This document shows, piece after piece, positions 18,602 to 28,850 of a stretch of 32,000 bases of DNA. The notes beneath the pieces were generated by a model. The model searched no databases. It had not been told where the DNA came from and saw only the letters and a list, made by a program, of their open reading frames with translations. The stretch is from Haloquadratum walsbyi C23 (lineage in GTDB: Archaea; Halobacteriota; Halobacteria; Halobacteriales; Haloferacaceae), in the NCBI RefSeq assembly GCF_000237865.1, contig NC_017459.1:2640001-2672000 (forward strand), read 5' to 3'. A program made the translations under genes and the position numbers. Within the stretch, counting starts at the first letter, position 1. The number at the start of each line of letters is the position of its first letter.

Positions 18602-19984
18602 ATGATTGATCGGCAACTGCTTCGTGAAAACCCTGATGCAATCCGGGGAGCCCTTGATGAAAAAGGGGTGACAGACGTCAATCTTGATCAGATTCTCACT
18701 CTTGATCAAGAATGGCGCGAACGTAAAGCTCGCGGGGATGAACTCCGACATGAGCGAAATCAAATTTCGTCGAAGATTGGCAAACTAAAAGCTGCTGGTG
18801 ATGAAGACGCCGCATCAGAAGCAATCACGCAGTCACAAGAATTAAAAGATGAACTTGAGGAGATCGAGCGCGAAGCCGACAAATTAAAATCTGAACTCGA
18901 TACGGCAATGCTCAAGATCCCACAAGTGCCAGATGATGCGGTTCCAGTTGGAACAGATGAATCGGAAAACGTTGAGCGGCGGCGTGAGGGATTTGATTCG
19001 CTCCGCTCGCTGCCTGATACTGTTATTCCGCATTATGATCTTGGCGAAGAATTAGAAATACTTGATTTCGAGCGAGGCGCCAAAGTGACAGGCGGTGGGT
19101 TCTATTTCGCGAAAGGCGATGGTGCCCGACTTGAGCATGCTCTTGTGCAATTCATGCTTGATATTCACCGTGAACAAGGATATCAGGATGTTTTCCCGCC
19201 AATCCCGGTCAATTCACAATCAATGGTTGGAACCGGACAGTTCCCAAAATTCACCGAGGATGCTTACCGTATTGGTGAGACAAATGATGAACCGTGGGAT
19301 AATGATGATTTATGGCTCTGTCCAACGGCTGAAGTCCCAGTCACGAACATGTATCGTGATGAGATTTTGTTAGACGATGATCTACCGGTGAAAATACAGG
19401 CATACACCCCAAACTTCCGTCGGGAAGCAGGAGAGCATGGAACCGAGACCCGTGGTATTGTTCGTGTTCATCAATTTAATAAGGTCGAATTAGTGAATTT
19501 TGTTCGCCCGGAAGATAGCGCTGAGCGATTTGATGGACTGCTTACGGAAGCCGAGGTTGTGCTCCAACGGCTTGGACTACCATATCGGATTCTTGAGATG
19601 TGTACAGGTGATTTGGGCTTCACACAGCGGAAAAAATACGATATTGAAGTCTGGGCACCAGGTGACGATATGGCGACCGGTCCAGACATTGGTGGTCGGT
19701 GGCTTGAGGTATCATCTGTGTCAAACTTCGGTGCATTTCAATCACGGCGAGCAGGACTTCGATATCGACCTGAACGACATGAATCAGCCTCATATCTCCA
19801 TACACTGAATGGCTCAGGGGTTGCTGTTCCTCGTGTAATGGTTGCAATTATGGAGTATTATCAGAATGATGATGGCACAATTACCATTCCAGAACCACTT
19901 CAACCATACATGAACGGTCTAAATGTAATTGAGGGACATGACCCAGTTGGCGAGGCAGCGGTTGGTGCTGGAAAGCGTGAGTAA
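18602..19984 (+). CDS. serS: seryl-tRNA synthetase
   Basis: It has an N-terminal coiled-coil arm and a class II core (FRREAG, TLNGSGVAVPRVMVAIMEYYQ). I chose the ATG at 18602 (MIDRQLLRENPD) over the TTG at 18575. Confidence 0.95.
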   Translation: MIDRQLLRENPDAIRGALDEKGVTDVNLDQILTLDQEWRERKARGDELRHERNQISSKIGKLKAAGDEDAASEAITQSQELKDELEEIEREADKLKSELDTAMLKIPQVPDDAVPVGTDESENVERRREGFDSLRSLPDTVIPHYDLGEELEILDFERGAKVTGGGFYFAKGDGARLEHALVQFMLDIHREQGYQDVFPPIPVNSQSMVGTGQFPKFTEDAYRIGETNDEPWDNDDLWLCPTAEVPVTNMYRDEILLDDDLPVKIQAYTPNFRREAGEHGTETRGIVRVHQFNKVELVNFVRPEDSAERFDGLLTEAEVVLQRLGLPYRILEMCTGDLGFTQRKKYDIEVWAPGDDMATGPDIGGRWLEVSSVSNFGAFQSRRAGLRYRPERHESASYLHTLNGSGVAVPRVMVAIMEYYQNDDGTITIPEPLQPYMNGLNVIEGHDPVGEAAVGAGKRE

Positions 19985-20113
19985 CCACTTACGAATAAGT
20001 TTTTAATATGCACACATAATCTATGATACGTTTGTTGCGGTCGATATTCGAATCTATATTGGAGTATACAGGATAATAAATGCATCACAGAGTCTACAAT
20101 AAAAAGATGATAC

Positions 20114-20668
20114 ATGTCTTCAGGTAATCGTCAATATCAAGCGTCTAATTCCTCTTCAGAGTCATCATACCAACTGCATATCCGGTATGAAGGCGACGAT
20201 GACCCCGCAAAATGTACCGCACGAAAGCTCGAACGGTTTGACCTTGCAACACTGCACAACTCAGATCGTACAACACCATATGGGGTTGTGCTCAATCCGC
20301 ACGCCGATCGTGCTCTTTCACCTGCGGATGACGCTGTGGATACTCTTGTTGCGCTTGATTGCTCATGGGAATCTGCTGGTGAAGCACAGTTTACACTCCC
20401 CGGCGTTCATCGAGCACTTCCATATCTTGTCGCCGCCAATCCAATCAATTTTGGGCAGCCAATGCAGTTGACGACGGTTGAGGCGATTGCTGCTGCCCTG
20501 TGGATTTTTGATTATCCAGAGTATGCACGTCAAATTCTTGCAAAGTTTACTTGGGGGAAGACATTTCTTGAACTCAATGCTGAACCGTTAGATCGATATG
20601 CGGACTGTACAGATTCTGCTGCAGTCGTGGAAGTGCAGTCTGAATATCTCAATCGCGATGGAAATTAA
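20114..20668 (+). CDS. tsr3: 16S rRNA aminocarboxypropyltransferase Tsr3 (DUF367 family)
   Basis: The sequence is Tsr3-like: [41 protein letters not shown]. Confidence 0.8.
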   Translation: MSSGNRQYQASNSSSESSYQLHIRYEGDDDPAKCTARKLERFDLATLHNSDRTTPYGVVLNPHADRALSPADDAVDTLVALDCSWESAGEAQFTLPGVHRALPYLVAANPINFGQPMQLTTVEAIAAALWIFDYPEYARQILAKFTWGKTFLELNAEPLDRYADCTDSAAVVEVQSEYLNRDGN

Positions 20669-20835
20669 TAGATCATTTATTAGTAATATATTAAGTGTTA
20701 ATCTAATCATATAATCGATATGTTATGCGCTTTGATTCTCCTGTCTGCGTGAATGTGAGGAAATTCTGAGCAGTTAAATATTACATTGTTTGAGCTTGTG
20801 TTGATGCTTGCACTCGTGCTAATATCGGTGTTGTT

Positions 20836-20915
20836 ATACTGTTGGCTATAACTACGTGGAGATTTCCGGCACCCCGGGGTGCTGAAATCCTTCGTGTGAC
20901 TATAGCCAACAGTAT
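20836..20915. repeat. 80-nt near-perfect inverted repeat / hairpin in the tsr3-GTPase intergenic region
   Basis: ATACTGTTGGCTATA (20836-20850) is the exact reverse complement of TATAGCCAACAGTAT (20901-20915). The 50 nt between them are largely self-complementary (GATTTC..GGCACCCC/GGGGTGCT..GAAATC). GGTG/CACC flank the repeat across a small internal loop. Confidence 0.8.
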
Positions 20916-21021
20916 TAGCACCATCCGGTAACGTGAACAACCTCACCTCAAGGGTCGGGGTTCTCGCCCTGCTCCACCTATAGATCATAGGATTTCCGTA
21001 CTTCTCCCTGAGACGAACGTG

Positions 21022-21029
21022 TTTTTATT
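21022..21029 (+). promoter_or_regulatory. putative TATA box for the GTPase gene
   Basis: TTTTTATT is centred about 28 nt upstream of the ATG at 21054. The evidence is sequence only. Confidence 0.3.
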
Positions 21030-21053
21030 GCTCGACGACATTTTTTATATACC

Positions 21054-22028
21054 ATGATTTTTGAGTCTCTTCCGACAACTCCACGCTCGTCGGAACTTAT
21101 TGATAAAGCCTTCTCGCGGGCTGCTCGGTCTGGACGGGCGAAATCAGGTCTAAAAGCTCAGCAGTCGATGTTACAGACAGCCTCAGCTATTCTCTCTGAT
21201 AACCTCGAGAATGTCGTCACGCAGTGGCCTGATTTCGAATCTGTTGATCCATTTTATTATGAACTTGCCGATGCTATCGTCGATGTCGACGCACTTCGTC
21301 AAAGTCTCTCTCGTGTGACATGGACAAGTCGACAAATTGGGACACTCCGACGAGAGTATCAATCGAAATTACGAAAAACCGAATCGAAGACAGCGCGGAA
21401 ACACAGAAAACAAGCCTTTGCTCGGATGGCAGACCTCGTCGAAGATATTGCAGATGATCTCGATCAGATTGGCTCGGCTCGTGATGCAGTAAAAAACCTT
21501 CCCGATATCCGTCCCGATGAACCTGCAATCGTCGTTGCTGGGTATCCGAACGTTGGAAAATCATCGTTTGTTAATGCTATTACTCGCGCTGATAATAAGA
21601 TTGCACACTATCCATTCACCACAACTGGTATTCATGTTGGACATTTTGAGCGGAATCGAATTCGATACCAGATTGTCGATACACCTGGATTGTTAGACCG
21701 ACCAGCGACCGAACGGAATGATATTGAACGACAAGCAGTCAGCGCAATTGAACATCTGGCGGATATTATACTCTTCATGACAGATGCTAGTGAAGCCTGC
21801 GGGTATCCACTAGCAGACCAACTGGCGCTTCGTGATGATGTCATAGAACGATTCCGTGAGCGCGAAATACCAGTGTTAACCGTGAACAACAAAAGCGATC
21901 GATCAGAAGCAATCGCTGCTGACTGTCAAATGAGTATTAAATATGATGAGGGGATTGACACTGTCCTCACGACGACCGTTGATGCTGCTGGATGGGAACC
22001 CGATATCCCCCCGTCTCGACAGGCATAA
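21054..22028 (+). CDS. Nog1-type GTP-binding protein
   Basis: It has an N-terminal NOG1-like helical domain. The G motifs are GYPNVGKSS (G1), DTPGLLDR (G3) and NKSD (G4). Confidence 0.8.
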   Translation: MIFESLPTTPRSSELIDKAFSRAARSGRAKSGLKAQQSMLQTASAILSDNLENVVTQWPDFESVDPFYYELADAIVDVDALRQSLSRVTWTSRQIGTLRREYQSKLRKTESKTARKHRKQAFARMADLVEDIADDLDQIGSARDAVKNLPDIRPDEPAIVVAGYPNVGKSSFVNAITRADNKIAHYPFTTTGIHVGHFERNRIRYQIVDTPGLLDRPATERNDIERQAVSAIEHLADIILFMTDASEACGYPLADQLALRDDVIERFREREIPVLTVNNKSDRSEAIAADCQMSIKYDEGIDTVLTTTVDAAGWEPDIPPSRQA

Positions 22029-22080
22029 TTCATACATTGTGTCTCAGTTTGCAGTCAAACTCAAACTTTTTAATAATTAC

Positions 22081-22445
22081 GAGGCTTGGCCCCCTTCCTC
22101 AAGGAGTGAGTAAAACGAACGAATAAGCAGGGGATACCGCCGTGCATTATCTTGCCAAGGCATGAGTAGCATGTTTTCTCGTTAAATTGTGACGAGCAGT
22201 ATTCATCAGACTGACTTGGAGTGGGATACTAACCACGGTCAGCCTGAGTTATCATTGTCACTATTAAATAGGGCTGGGACAGTCCGACTCAGAACGTCTA
22301 TGGAGACTGGTAGCACTGTGGGTACGCGTCATCCGGACGTACCGCTTGCAAATGCCGTCACAGAAGTAGAAAGTCCGATGCGAGAACACGGAAGCCCCAC
22401 CCTCACCGGAGCGATAGCGGAGTCGGGTGGGGCGGTTCACTTCTA
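22081..22445 (+). mobile_element. MITE-like, tnpB-less derivative of an IS1341-type element
   Basis: The first roughly 100 nt parallel the left end of the 15725-17355 element. They share GCCCCCTTCCTCAAG, followed by similarly placed small palindromes. The last roughly 200 nt are a decayed tnpB 3' end (..METGS..GSPTLTG..) that finishes in the same hairpin module (CCCCACCC...GGGTGGGG, 22395-22432) and GTTCAC. Confidence 0.55.
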
Positions 22446-22491
22446 ATATCACTGTCTTTGACCTTTATATATCGTTGATACTAACTAATGA

Positions 22492-23901
22492 TCATGTTCG
22501 TTCGACAGGAATGTATCTGAGTTCGACGGTGATTGCTCTCGTTGAATGTGTATTGCTTGATTCCCTCGTAGGTGATTCAGCATCAGCAGGTGACATTGCC
22601 CTGGGGTGACTACGGTTCTGATCGATAAATGGGATTTTTGCACCGATATACGGTGTGACTGGCGCAATTGATTCAATCCGCGCGTCAATTGCATCGGCAA
22701 TAGCAGGAGGCTCAGTCGTGGAGGGATACCCAACAGTCACAATAACCTGCTGTGGCGTTCTGGCAGGGAATCCGCTGTATGTGACGGTGAGGTCAAGCAT
22801 TATTGCCTCTGGTGGTAATTCAGCGTTAATTGCAGCATTGGTCTGCTCTTCGAAGGCGGCTGTTTGTGCGCTGCTGTATGTAAAACCAGCAAGTGCCGAG
22901 GAGAGTATAATTAACGCGACGGTTAAAACCGCAATGCGCGTCAAGGTTGTTGAACGCGCCTCTGATGTGCGAAACCATGACTGTGGTCGATATCCAAGTT
23001 GCCACAATGCAATGAGTGCAACAAGATTTATTGCGATAAAGTTTACCAAAACGAGAATGGCTGACCCAGCGACAACCCGTGGGGTTCCCCATGCAAGTCC
23101 AATACCGACGACTGCTGTTGGCGGGACAAGTGCGGCGGCAATCATCACGCCAACAAGTGCAGTTGAAACGCCAGAGGCAAGCGATACAGCACCTGCTGCA
23201 CCTGCACCAAGTGCAATCACTAGCGAGAGAACATCAGGTGCAAGTCGTTGACTCACCTCGCCGATTTCGAACACTTCAACCGCACTAAGAGGAACAATCT
23301 GCACCGTTCGAAGCATGAATGCAAACCCAGCAGCCGATACAATGGCGAGAACGCCTCCAAGGATCTGCAGTTTGACACCACGAGCGACCAATGAGGTATC
23401 ATCGACAACAGTACCAACACTTGTTGACATCGCCGGTCCAATAAGTGGTGCAATGACCATCGATCCGACCACTACTGCCGGTGAGTCAAGTAGGAGTCCG
23501 GCTGTAGCAACTATGGCGCTGACGATTGTCATCAAAATAAATGGTCCAATCCCTGGAGCAAGTTCATTGGCACGAGCGAGCAATTCATCGCGGGCAATCC
23601 GGTCGCCATCAGTTGTATCATCACTGTCATTGCTATACGCCTCATCAAGCTCATTGAATTTGTCTGAAACTACTGTTTCAGCCTCAAGGACAACTGTCGT
23701 TGCATCTGTATCGATGCCTACTGTTCGAAGCTGATCCAAAACTGGCTCAACAGCCGCTGTTGGAAGAGGGAACGTGATGATAGCCTCATATTCATCAGTG
23801 CCTGTTTCATCAGTAATAGCATACTCAATGTTTTCATCAGTAATGACCTCAACAACAGCATCACGTGTCCCAGCTGGGACCAGCACCTGAACAAAACGCA
23901 C
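22492..23901 (-). CDS. DUF389 / TIGR00341-family membrane protein
   Basis: It has an N-terminal soluble domain (MRFVQVLVPAGTRDAVVEVI...). This is followed by a Gly/Ala-rich multi-TM block and a C-terminal soluble domain. This architecture is typical of DUF389. Confidence 0.7.
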   Translation of the reverse strand: MRFVQVLVPAGTRDAVVEVITDENIEYAITDETGTDEYEAIITFPLPTAAVEPVLDQLRTVGIDTDATTVVLEAETVVSDKFNELDEAYSNDSDDTTDGDRIARDELLARANELAPGIGPFILMTIVSAIVATAGLLLDSPAVVVGSMVIAPLIGPAMSTSVGTVVDDTSLVARGVKLQILGGVLAIVSAAGFAFMLRTVQIVPLSAVEVFEIGEVSQRLAPDVLSLVIALGAGAAGAVSLASGVSTALVGVMIAAALVPPTAVVGIGLAWGTPRVVAGSAILVLVNFIAINLVALIALWQLGYRPQSWFRTSEARSTTLTRIAVLTVALIILSSALAGFTYSSAQTAAFEEQTNAAINAELPPEAIMLDLTVTYSGFPARTPQQVIVTVGYPSTTEPPAIADAIDARIESIAPVTPYIGAKIPFIDQNRSHPRAMSPADAESPTRESSNTHSTRAITVELRYIPVERT

Positions 23902-24300
23902 ATCAGAATCTCAGCGTCTGTCATCAAAGGTGTTTGTGCTCAAGTCTATTATATTGACATTGCTAAGAAAACGCACCTGGGATATATTCTAGACATTTAT
24001 ACAGTGCAAGGAGAATGTCCCGGGGTTTTGATATGACCATGAGGCGATTCACACCCAAATGTCACCTATTATATTCACAGCTGAGTTACATGAAAATGGG
24101 TGATAAAAAATTATTGATAACTCTCAATTTTGCTTCTTACTCATTAATAGACATTACTCACAGAGGATAGATGCGTATATTGCGAAAGTGCGAAGGAAAT
24201 CCCCCGTACGTCAGCGTGGCGTATAAGTCCGATACCAGGGACACACGATTGACGCACTGTCTTGCGAAGGAGTCCTCACGATTTTACTGTAGGGAAGATA

Positions 24301-24810
24301 TCAAAGCGGCGTTCCGCCTTTTTTTCCACCAGCAGCATCAGATGCTCGTTGGATGAGTTGCGTGACTGGGTCGGTATAATCATATCCAGGAATCACACCT
24401 TCAACATACGTCCCCTCAGCAAATTCAACGAGTGAAACAGCATCATCAACCCCTCGTGATGGGTCAATATCAGTGAATGTCGTCTCAACGACTGCGGTAT
24501 CATCTTTGCGTGTCGTTTTAATATCAAGCGTTTCGTGCCCTCGTGTTGCGCTTTCAGCATCAGCCATACGACGACCAAATGTGTCAACCCAGCCTTTCTG
24601 AACGGGAGGTGCGACATGACCGTCGACGACTGCATCAATCATTGGAACAGTTATGACGACTGAGAATATAGCAGCACCATCTGCTGTCTCAATACTAATA
24701 TCACCATCAAAAACGGTTGTCGTTACTGCATATACATCGTCATCTCCATCTGACTCAATCGAATCATGCAGTGCAACGGCGCGGTCAGTCCGTTCACGTA
24801 TATCACTCAT
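24301..24810 (-). CDS. acidic cytoplasmic hypothetical protein
   Basis: The ORF has halophile composition. I preferred the ATG at 24810 (MSDIRERTD...) over 24837. I recognise no family. Confidence 0.55.
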   Translation of the reverse strand: MSDIRERTDRAVALHDSIESDGDDDVYAVTTTVFDGDISIETADGAAIFSVVITVPMIDAVVDGHVAPPVQKGWVDTFGRRMADAESATRGHETLDIKTTRKDDTAVVETTFTDIDPSRGVDDAVSLVEFAEGTYVEGVIPGYDYTDPVTQLIQRASDAAGGKKGGTPL

Positions 24811-24915
24811 ATTATATTGCTTGTTTTGAATGAACAAAAGCCGCTCGTCATTCGGTGTTCATCATATAAATATTGTGATAATTAATCACTGTACCATGTT
24901 GTGTGACACGATTTC

Positions 24916-25599
24916 TTAGCCAACATTACGGTTAGGAGCGAGTCGTTCACCAACAATTAATTGTCTCACTTCTTCAAGTACATCAAAGTCTACAAGAACT
25001 GCAAGTCGATCACCAGTCTCAAGTGAATCATCAGACAGTGGCAACCGCATTGGGTCATCTGCTTTTCCAAATGCAAGCACACGCGCCTGCGCAGGAAGTG
25101 CAACCTCCTCGATTGTGTATCCGCGCATTGGTGATTTGGAAGTTACTGTCATTAAGACTATTTGAAGTCGCTGAGCAATATCCGCGATTGCCCGCACTGA
25201 CCCACCTAGTAACGCGTTCTTTGCGCCAATAGCTCCAAGCCGTTCTGGATATAGGACCTTATCTACCCCCTCAGTATATGTTTGATATACTTCCTCGCGA
25301 TGATCTTTATTAACACGAAGAACGGTCCATGTTTGATGATGTTTTGCAATTGAGCAGGCTGCGAAGTTTACAGTTAAATCATTAGTTAATGCGCCAATAG
25401 CATCAGCAGACTCAACACCAGCATCAATGAGTACCGACTCGCGTACACCATCGCCGCGAACAACATCAAAGCCTGCCCCGCGGGTTTGTGCTGCGTTTTC
25501 ATGATCGACCTCGATGATTGTAATATCGTGTCCTTCCTCACGAAGCACACGTGCAGTCCGGAGACCAACCCTACCTGCACCAATAATAATGATATCCAT
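24916..25599 (-). CDS. trkA: Trk-type potassium transport NAD-binding subunit
   Basis: It has a Rossmann motif MDIIIIGAGRVGLRTA plus a C-terminal TrkA_C-like domain. I chose the ATG at 25599. Confidence 0.85.
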   Translation of the reverse strand: MDIIIIGAGRVGLRTARVLREEGHDITIIEVDHENAAQTRGAGFDVVRGDGVRESVLIDAGVESADAIGALTNDLTVNFAACSIAKHHQTWTVLRVNKDHREEVYQTYTEGVDKVLYPERLGAIGAKNALLGGSVRAIADIAQRLQIVLMTVTSKSPMRGYTIEEVALPAQARVLAFGKADDPMRLPLSDDSLETGDRLAVLVDFDVLEEVRQLIVGERLAPNRNVG

Positions 25600-25639
25600 A
25601 CGCAATCTGTACAATGTGAGTATAAATAATATTTCTGCG

Positions 25640-26230
25640 TGTCAATCATACAGAGCAAACAGAATCTTGTCGACTCTTGACGTCACCAGAACACTCTAGA
25701 TTATGTTTATCATATTATACTTTAATCGGCAGATAAGCAACTTTGCTTCTCGTCAACAAGGAGTGAATCCGTTGTCTCAAGAAACATCATGTCGTTATTG
25801 AGTGCAAAGTCGGATAAAAAAAATCTCCAACGATGATTGAAGGCGATCTCTTCACTGCTCGCCAGTAATGGAACAAGATCCAAAGTTGCAATATTATGAA
25901 TGTGAATATATAGAAGATTATCTGATGACTGCTGATTGATAGAAATGCAAACGCAGGAATCAATATTTTGTTTCATGATTTTGAAAATGAGGACTGTGGA
26001 GAGTCCGAAGCCACAACGCCTGTACATGTGGAGACTACACTCCCTCTGTTCAGGACCTCGGCGCATCAGAGGTCGTAGATGGAAAACAGATCATAAAAAT
26101 AGGAAGCCCTGGGTTTACGGAAGCTCCGTCAGCGGCTGAGTAGGGTAGGGTACTCACTCTACGTATTCGATTGCAGAATTACCGAGTGGGAGTTGTCAAC
26201 AGTGGAATCCTTCGGGCTGAGGTACCGAAA
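25640..26230 (+). pseudogene. AT-decayed 3' half of an IS1341-type tnpB plus right-end module
   Basis: Patchwork-frame translation gives LSYY.., LLLVNKE, SC.., IDRNANAGINIL, SEATTPVHVETTLP and VVDGKQIIKIGSPGFTEAPSAAE*. These are collinear with the tnpB C-terminal half at 15856-16449. The tail at 26102-26157 aligns with 15841-15900 (GGAAGCCC...ACGGAAGC...GCTGAGTAGGG...). The 5' boundary is uncertain. Confidence 0.5.
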
Positions 26231-26341
26231 TCTGTCCATTGCACCAAATGAGAGTTATAAATATAGTATCAAGATAGTACAGGAAGTAACTCAGTAATAG
26301 AACACTATGCTCAAGTCATCACCCCCTCTATAGATGAATAT

Positions 26342-26659
26342 ATGATCTCGGTTGTTGGGGTTATCCTCTTCATTGCAGTCCTAACCATCCACACGCTTGT
26401 AGCTGCGGTGTTGACCCGTTATTTTCGTATTCGATTAAAAACACAGTTGGGGTATGTCATCTTTTCATTTCTATTAATTCCGTTCGTATTGCTTATACTA
26501 ACATTACTTTTTACTGGTATCCTTGGAATTGGTGTCAATCTTGGTGATGCAACAACGGCGACTGGCGTGATGATTGGATTACCGTTTGCACTTGGATTCA
26601 CTATCGATACACTCTATGTCCCTGCGCCTGAGGAGTATGATCTCCCAGACACGCAATAA
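26342..26659 (+). CDS. small three-TM membrane protein
   Basis: The 105-aa ORF has three hydrophobic helices and an acidic C-terminal tail (PAPEEYDLPDTQ). Confidence 0.55.
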   Translation: MISVVGVILFIAVLTIHTLVAAVLTRYFRIRLKTQLGYVIFSFLLIPFVLLILTLLFTGILGIGVNLGDATTATGVMIGLPFALGFTIDTLYVPAPEEYDLPDTQ

Positions 26660-26672
26660 GCGATATCATTGC

Positions 26673-27284
26673 TTATGATTCAGTTGATACTTCATCACCG
26701 AGCATTGTCCCAACAATAGTTTTGACGCGTTTTTTAACATCAGCAATGGACTGAGATGCGTCGACCCGATAGAATCGCGTGGGCTCAGCAGTAATAAGTC
26801 GCTCATATTGCGTTGCGACTCGCTCAAGATATTGTACACGTTCGAATTTATTCGTCGCCCCAGCACGGTTGACTCCAGTCTCTGGGTCGATATCTAAATA
26901 CACCGTTGCATCAGGGCGTCGAGAGAATGGTTCATGTATTGATTGAATATATTCGAGCGGTGCATCAATGCGGCTGTCTGCAAGTGCTGCAGCTTGGTAT
27001 GCAAATCGTGAATCAGCATATCGATCAGAAATAACAGCTGTACCAGACGCGAGTGACGGTCGAATAACGCGGTTGAGATGAGCAGCGTGGTCTGCAGTAA
27101 ATAAGAATAACTCGGCAAGTGAGTCTGCGCTGTCATCATGCATTGACTCGGTAACGAGATCACCATACCAGGAGTCAGTCGGTTCACGCGTGAATGTTAC
27201 TTCAGGGAGTGCACTTTGTAATGATTCACAAACGGTGGACTTTCCGCTCCCATCAAGCCCCTCCAATGTAATAAGCGTCGACAT
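26673..27284 (-). CDS. tmk: thymidylate kinase
   Basis: It has the P-loop [13 protein letters not shown] and a DRY-type motif (ISDRYADS). I chose the ATG at 27284. Confidence 0.9.
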   Translation of the reverse strand: MSTLITLEGLDGSGKSTVCESLQSALPEVTFTREPTDSWYGDLVTESMHDDSADSLAELFLFTADHAAHLNRVIRPSLASGTAVISDRYADSRFAYQAAALADSRIDAPLEYIQSIHEPFSRRPDATVYLDIDPETGVNRAGATNKFERVQYLERVATQYERLITAEPTRFYRVDASQSIADVKKRVKTIVGTMLGDEVSTES

Positions 27285-27505
27285 TCTTGTATATATGCTC
27301 GGCGACGCGTGCATATATTATCCTGGGGTTACCGAGTTACATACGAATTCTCCAGCGTCGTATCAGGTTATGAAATATAACCTGAATTGGACGGTATTCC
27401 CCGGCAATAGCGGTATATTAATCAGCAGGCTACGATATGGATCATTGAGAGTAACGCGTGTGTAGTAGTTAATTTTAGGTTTGTGTCCGATGACGATATA
27501 TTGGC

Positions 27506-28429
27506 ATGGATGTACTCGTCATTGGTGGGAGTGGCTTTATTGGCACCCGACTTTGTGCAGAACTCTCCAACCGTGGTCATAACGTAACAGCAGTGTCACG
27601 AAGTCCAGACAACTCAGAACTCCCGGCGGATGTTGACACGAAAATGGGTGATGTTACTGCATATGACTCATTGAGTGGGTCATTTGCCGATATTGACGCC
27701 GTATATAATCTTGTTGCGCTGTCGCCATTGTTCAAGCCGAGTGGTGGTGATAAAATGCATGATGTGATTCATCGACGGGGGACTGAGAACGTCGTCCGCG
27801 CTGCAGAGGCGAATGGTGTCTCACATCTTATTCAGATCAGTGCGCTTGGAGCAGATCCTGACGGATCAACGGCATACATTCAGGCGAAAGGACGTGCTGA
27901 GACCGCTGTCACCGAGTCCGACACAGATCTTGAATTCACAATCTTTCGACCTTCGGTCGTGTTTGGCGACGGTGGTGAATTTGTCTCATTCACAAAACTC
28001 CTTGCGCCACCGTATGTTAGCGCTCTCCCTGGTGGTGGGAAAACACGATTCCAGCCAATTTGGGTCAATGACCTCGTGCCAATGCTTGCTGATGCAATTG
28101 ATGCAGATACACATCATGGTGAAATATACGAGATTGGTGGACCTGAACGGTTGACACTCGCAGAAATTGCGAAAACGATTCACACCGCAGATGGTCGCTC
28201 AACGACAATTGTACCGGTTCCAATGTCACTTGCTAAAATTGGTCTTACAGTTGGTGATGTGATTCCGGGCTTTCCAATAGGTGTTGACCAATACCGATCA
28301 TTACAGTTTGATAATGTGACTGATGAGAACGATATTGATGCTTTCGAGAAAAGTTTGGACGATCTGACAACGCTCGAAGCATATCTCAGCGGTGAGGATA
28401 AACAAGACGACACGCGTGTTCCTGCGTGA
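27506..28429 (+). CDS. NAD(P)-binding epimerase/dehydratase-family protein (NDUFA9-like)
   Basis: It has the Rossmann motif VIGGSGFIGTRLC and an extended-SDR-like sequence. Confidence 0.8.
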   Translation: MDVLVIGGSGFIGTRLCAELSNRGHNVTAVSRSPDNSELPADVDTKMGDVTAYDSLSGSFADIDAVYNLVALSPLFKPSGGDKMHDVIHRRGTENVVRAAEANGVSHLIQISALGADPDGSTAYIQAKGRAETAVTESDTDLEFTIFRPSVVFGDGGEFVSFTKLLAPPYVSALPGGGKTRFQPIWVNDLVPMLADAIDADTHHGEIYEIGGPERLTLAEIAKTIHTADGRSTTIVPVPMSLAKIGLTVGDVIPGFPIGVDQYRSLQFDNVTDENDIDAFEKSLDDLTTLEAYLSGEDKQDDTRVPA

Positions 28430-28850
28430 ACAACCCGCAAATATATTTCAATCTTAGTTTCTATTCAAACTCATATTTTGCGAATCAGCATAACGTAGTG
28501 GGCACGCAGTGGGGAAAGGGTGCAACCATGAGATATTGTCATATTTCAAAAAACAACGCATACCTCATGATCGCAGATACTCCTCAAGGCATATTGGCTC
28601 CCGTGTCGGTCCATTTCTGATATTTTCATGTCTATCCTATCGTGTTATTGTATAAAAAACGTTGATAGACGTGTCAGACATTCATTCGGTAATTAACATA
28701 TCCGACCCAATCGGTATTTATGAAAAAATATCTTCTCAGGGGCTCAGTATCCAATATTCGCGGTCACGACATATATGATAAATTACCTTTCACAAGCTTT
28801 ATTCGGGCGTTCACTCTTGATTACATCTAATGGCGAAGGGGGGCTAATAA

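Noticed and set aside
20690-21050. A possible SRP (7S) RNA, tRNA or H/ACA sRNA in the structured tsr3-GTPase spacer.
   Set aside because: There is no CCGGAAGG-type helix-8 motif and no tRNA T-loop or acceptor geometry. The putative pseudouridylation pocket is base-paired, and the ACA is buried in the 15-bp stem. I kept it only as an unassigned hairpin.
22189-22446. An 85-aa plus-strand ORF.
   Set aside because: Its C-terminal part is just the residual tnpB tail (…GSPTLTG…) of the MITE-like element. The N-terminal part has no homology or context.
24305-24330. A plus-strand GCGG-CGTT-CCGC hairpin followed by T7, resembling an intrinsic terminator.
   Set aside because: The sequence is the coding 3' end (GGKKGGTPL*) of the minus-strand gene at 24301-24810, and no plus-strand gene ends here.
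25722-26066. A 114-aa minus-strand ORF.
   Set aside because: It lies antisense to the AT-decayed tnpB remnant. The sequence is low-complexity and un-halophile-like, and is most likely a by-product of AT-rich decay.
26195-26215. An ORB-like origin motif ACAGTGGAATCC.
   Set aside because: It is a single partial match inside the IS remnant tail. There are no inverted partners, no AT-rich unwinding element and no cdc6/orc gene nearby.
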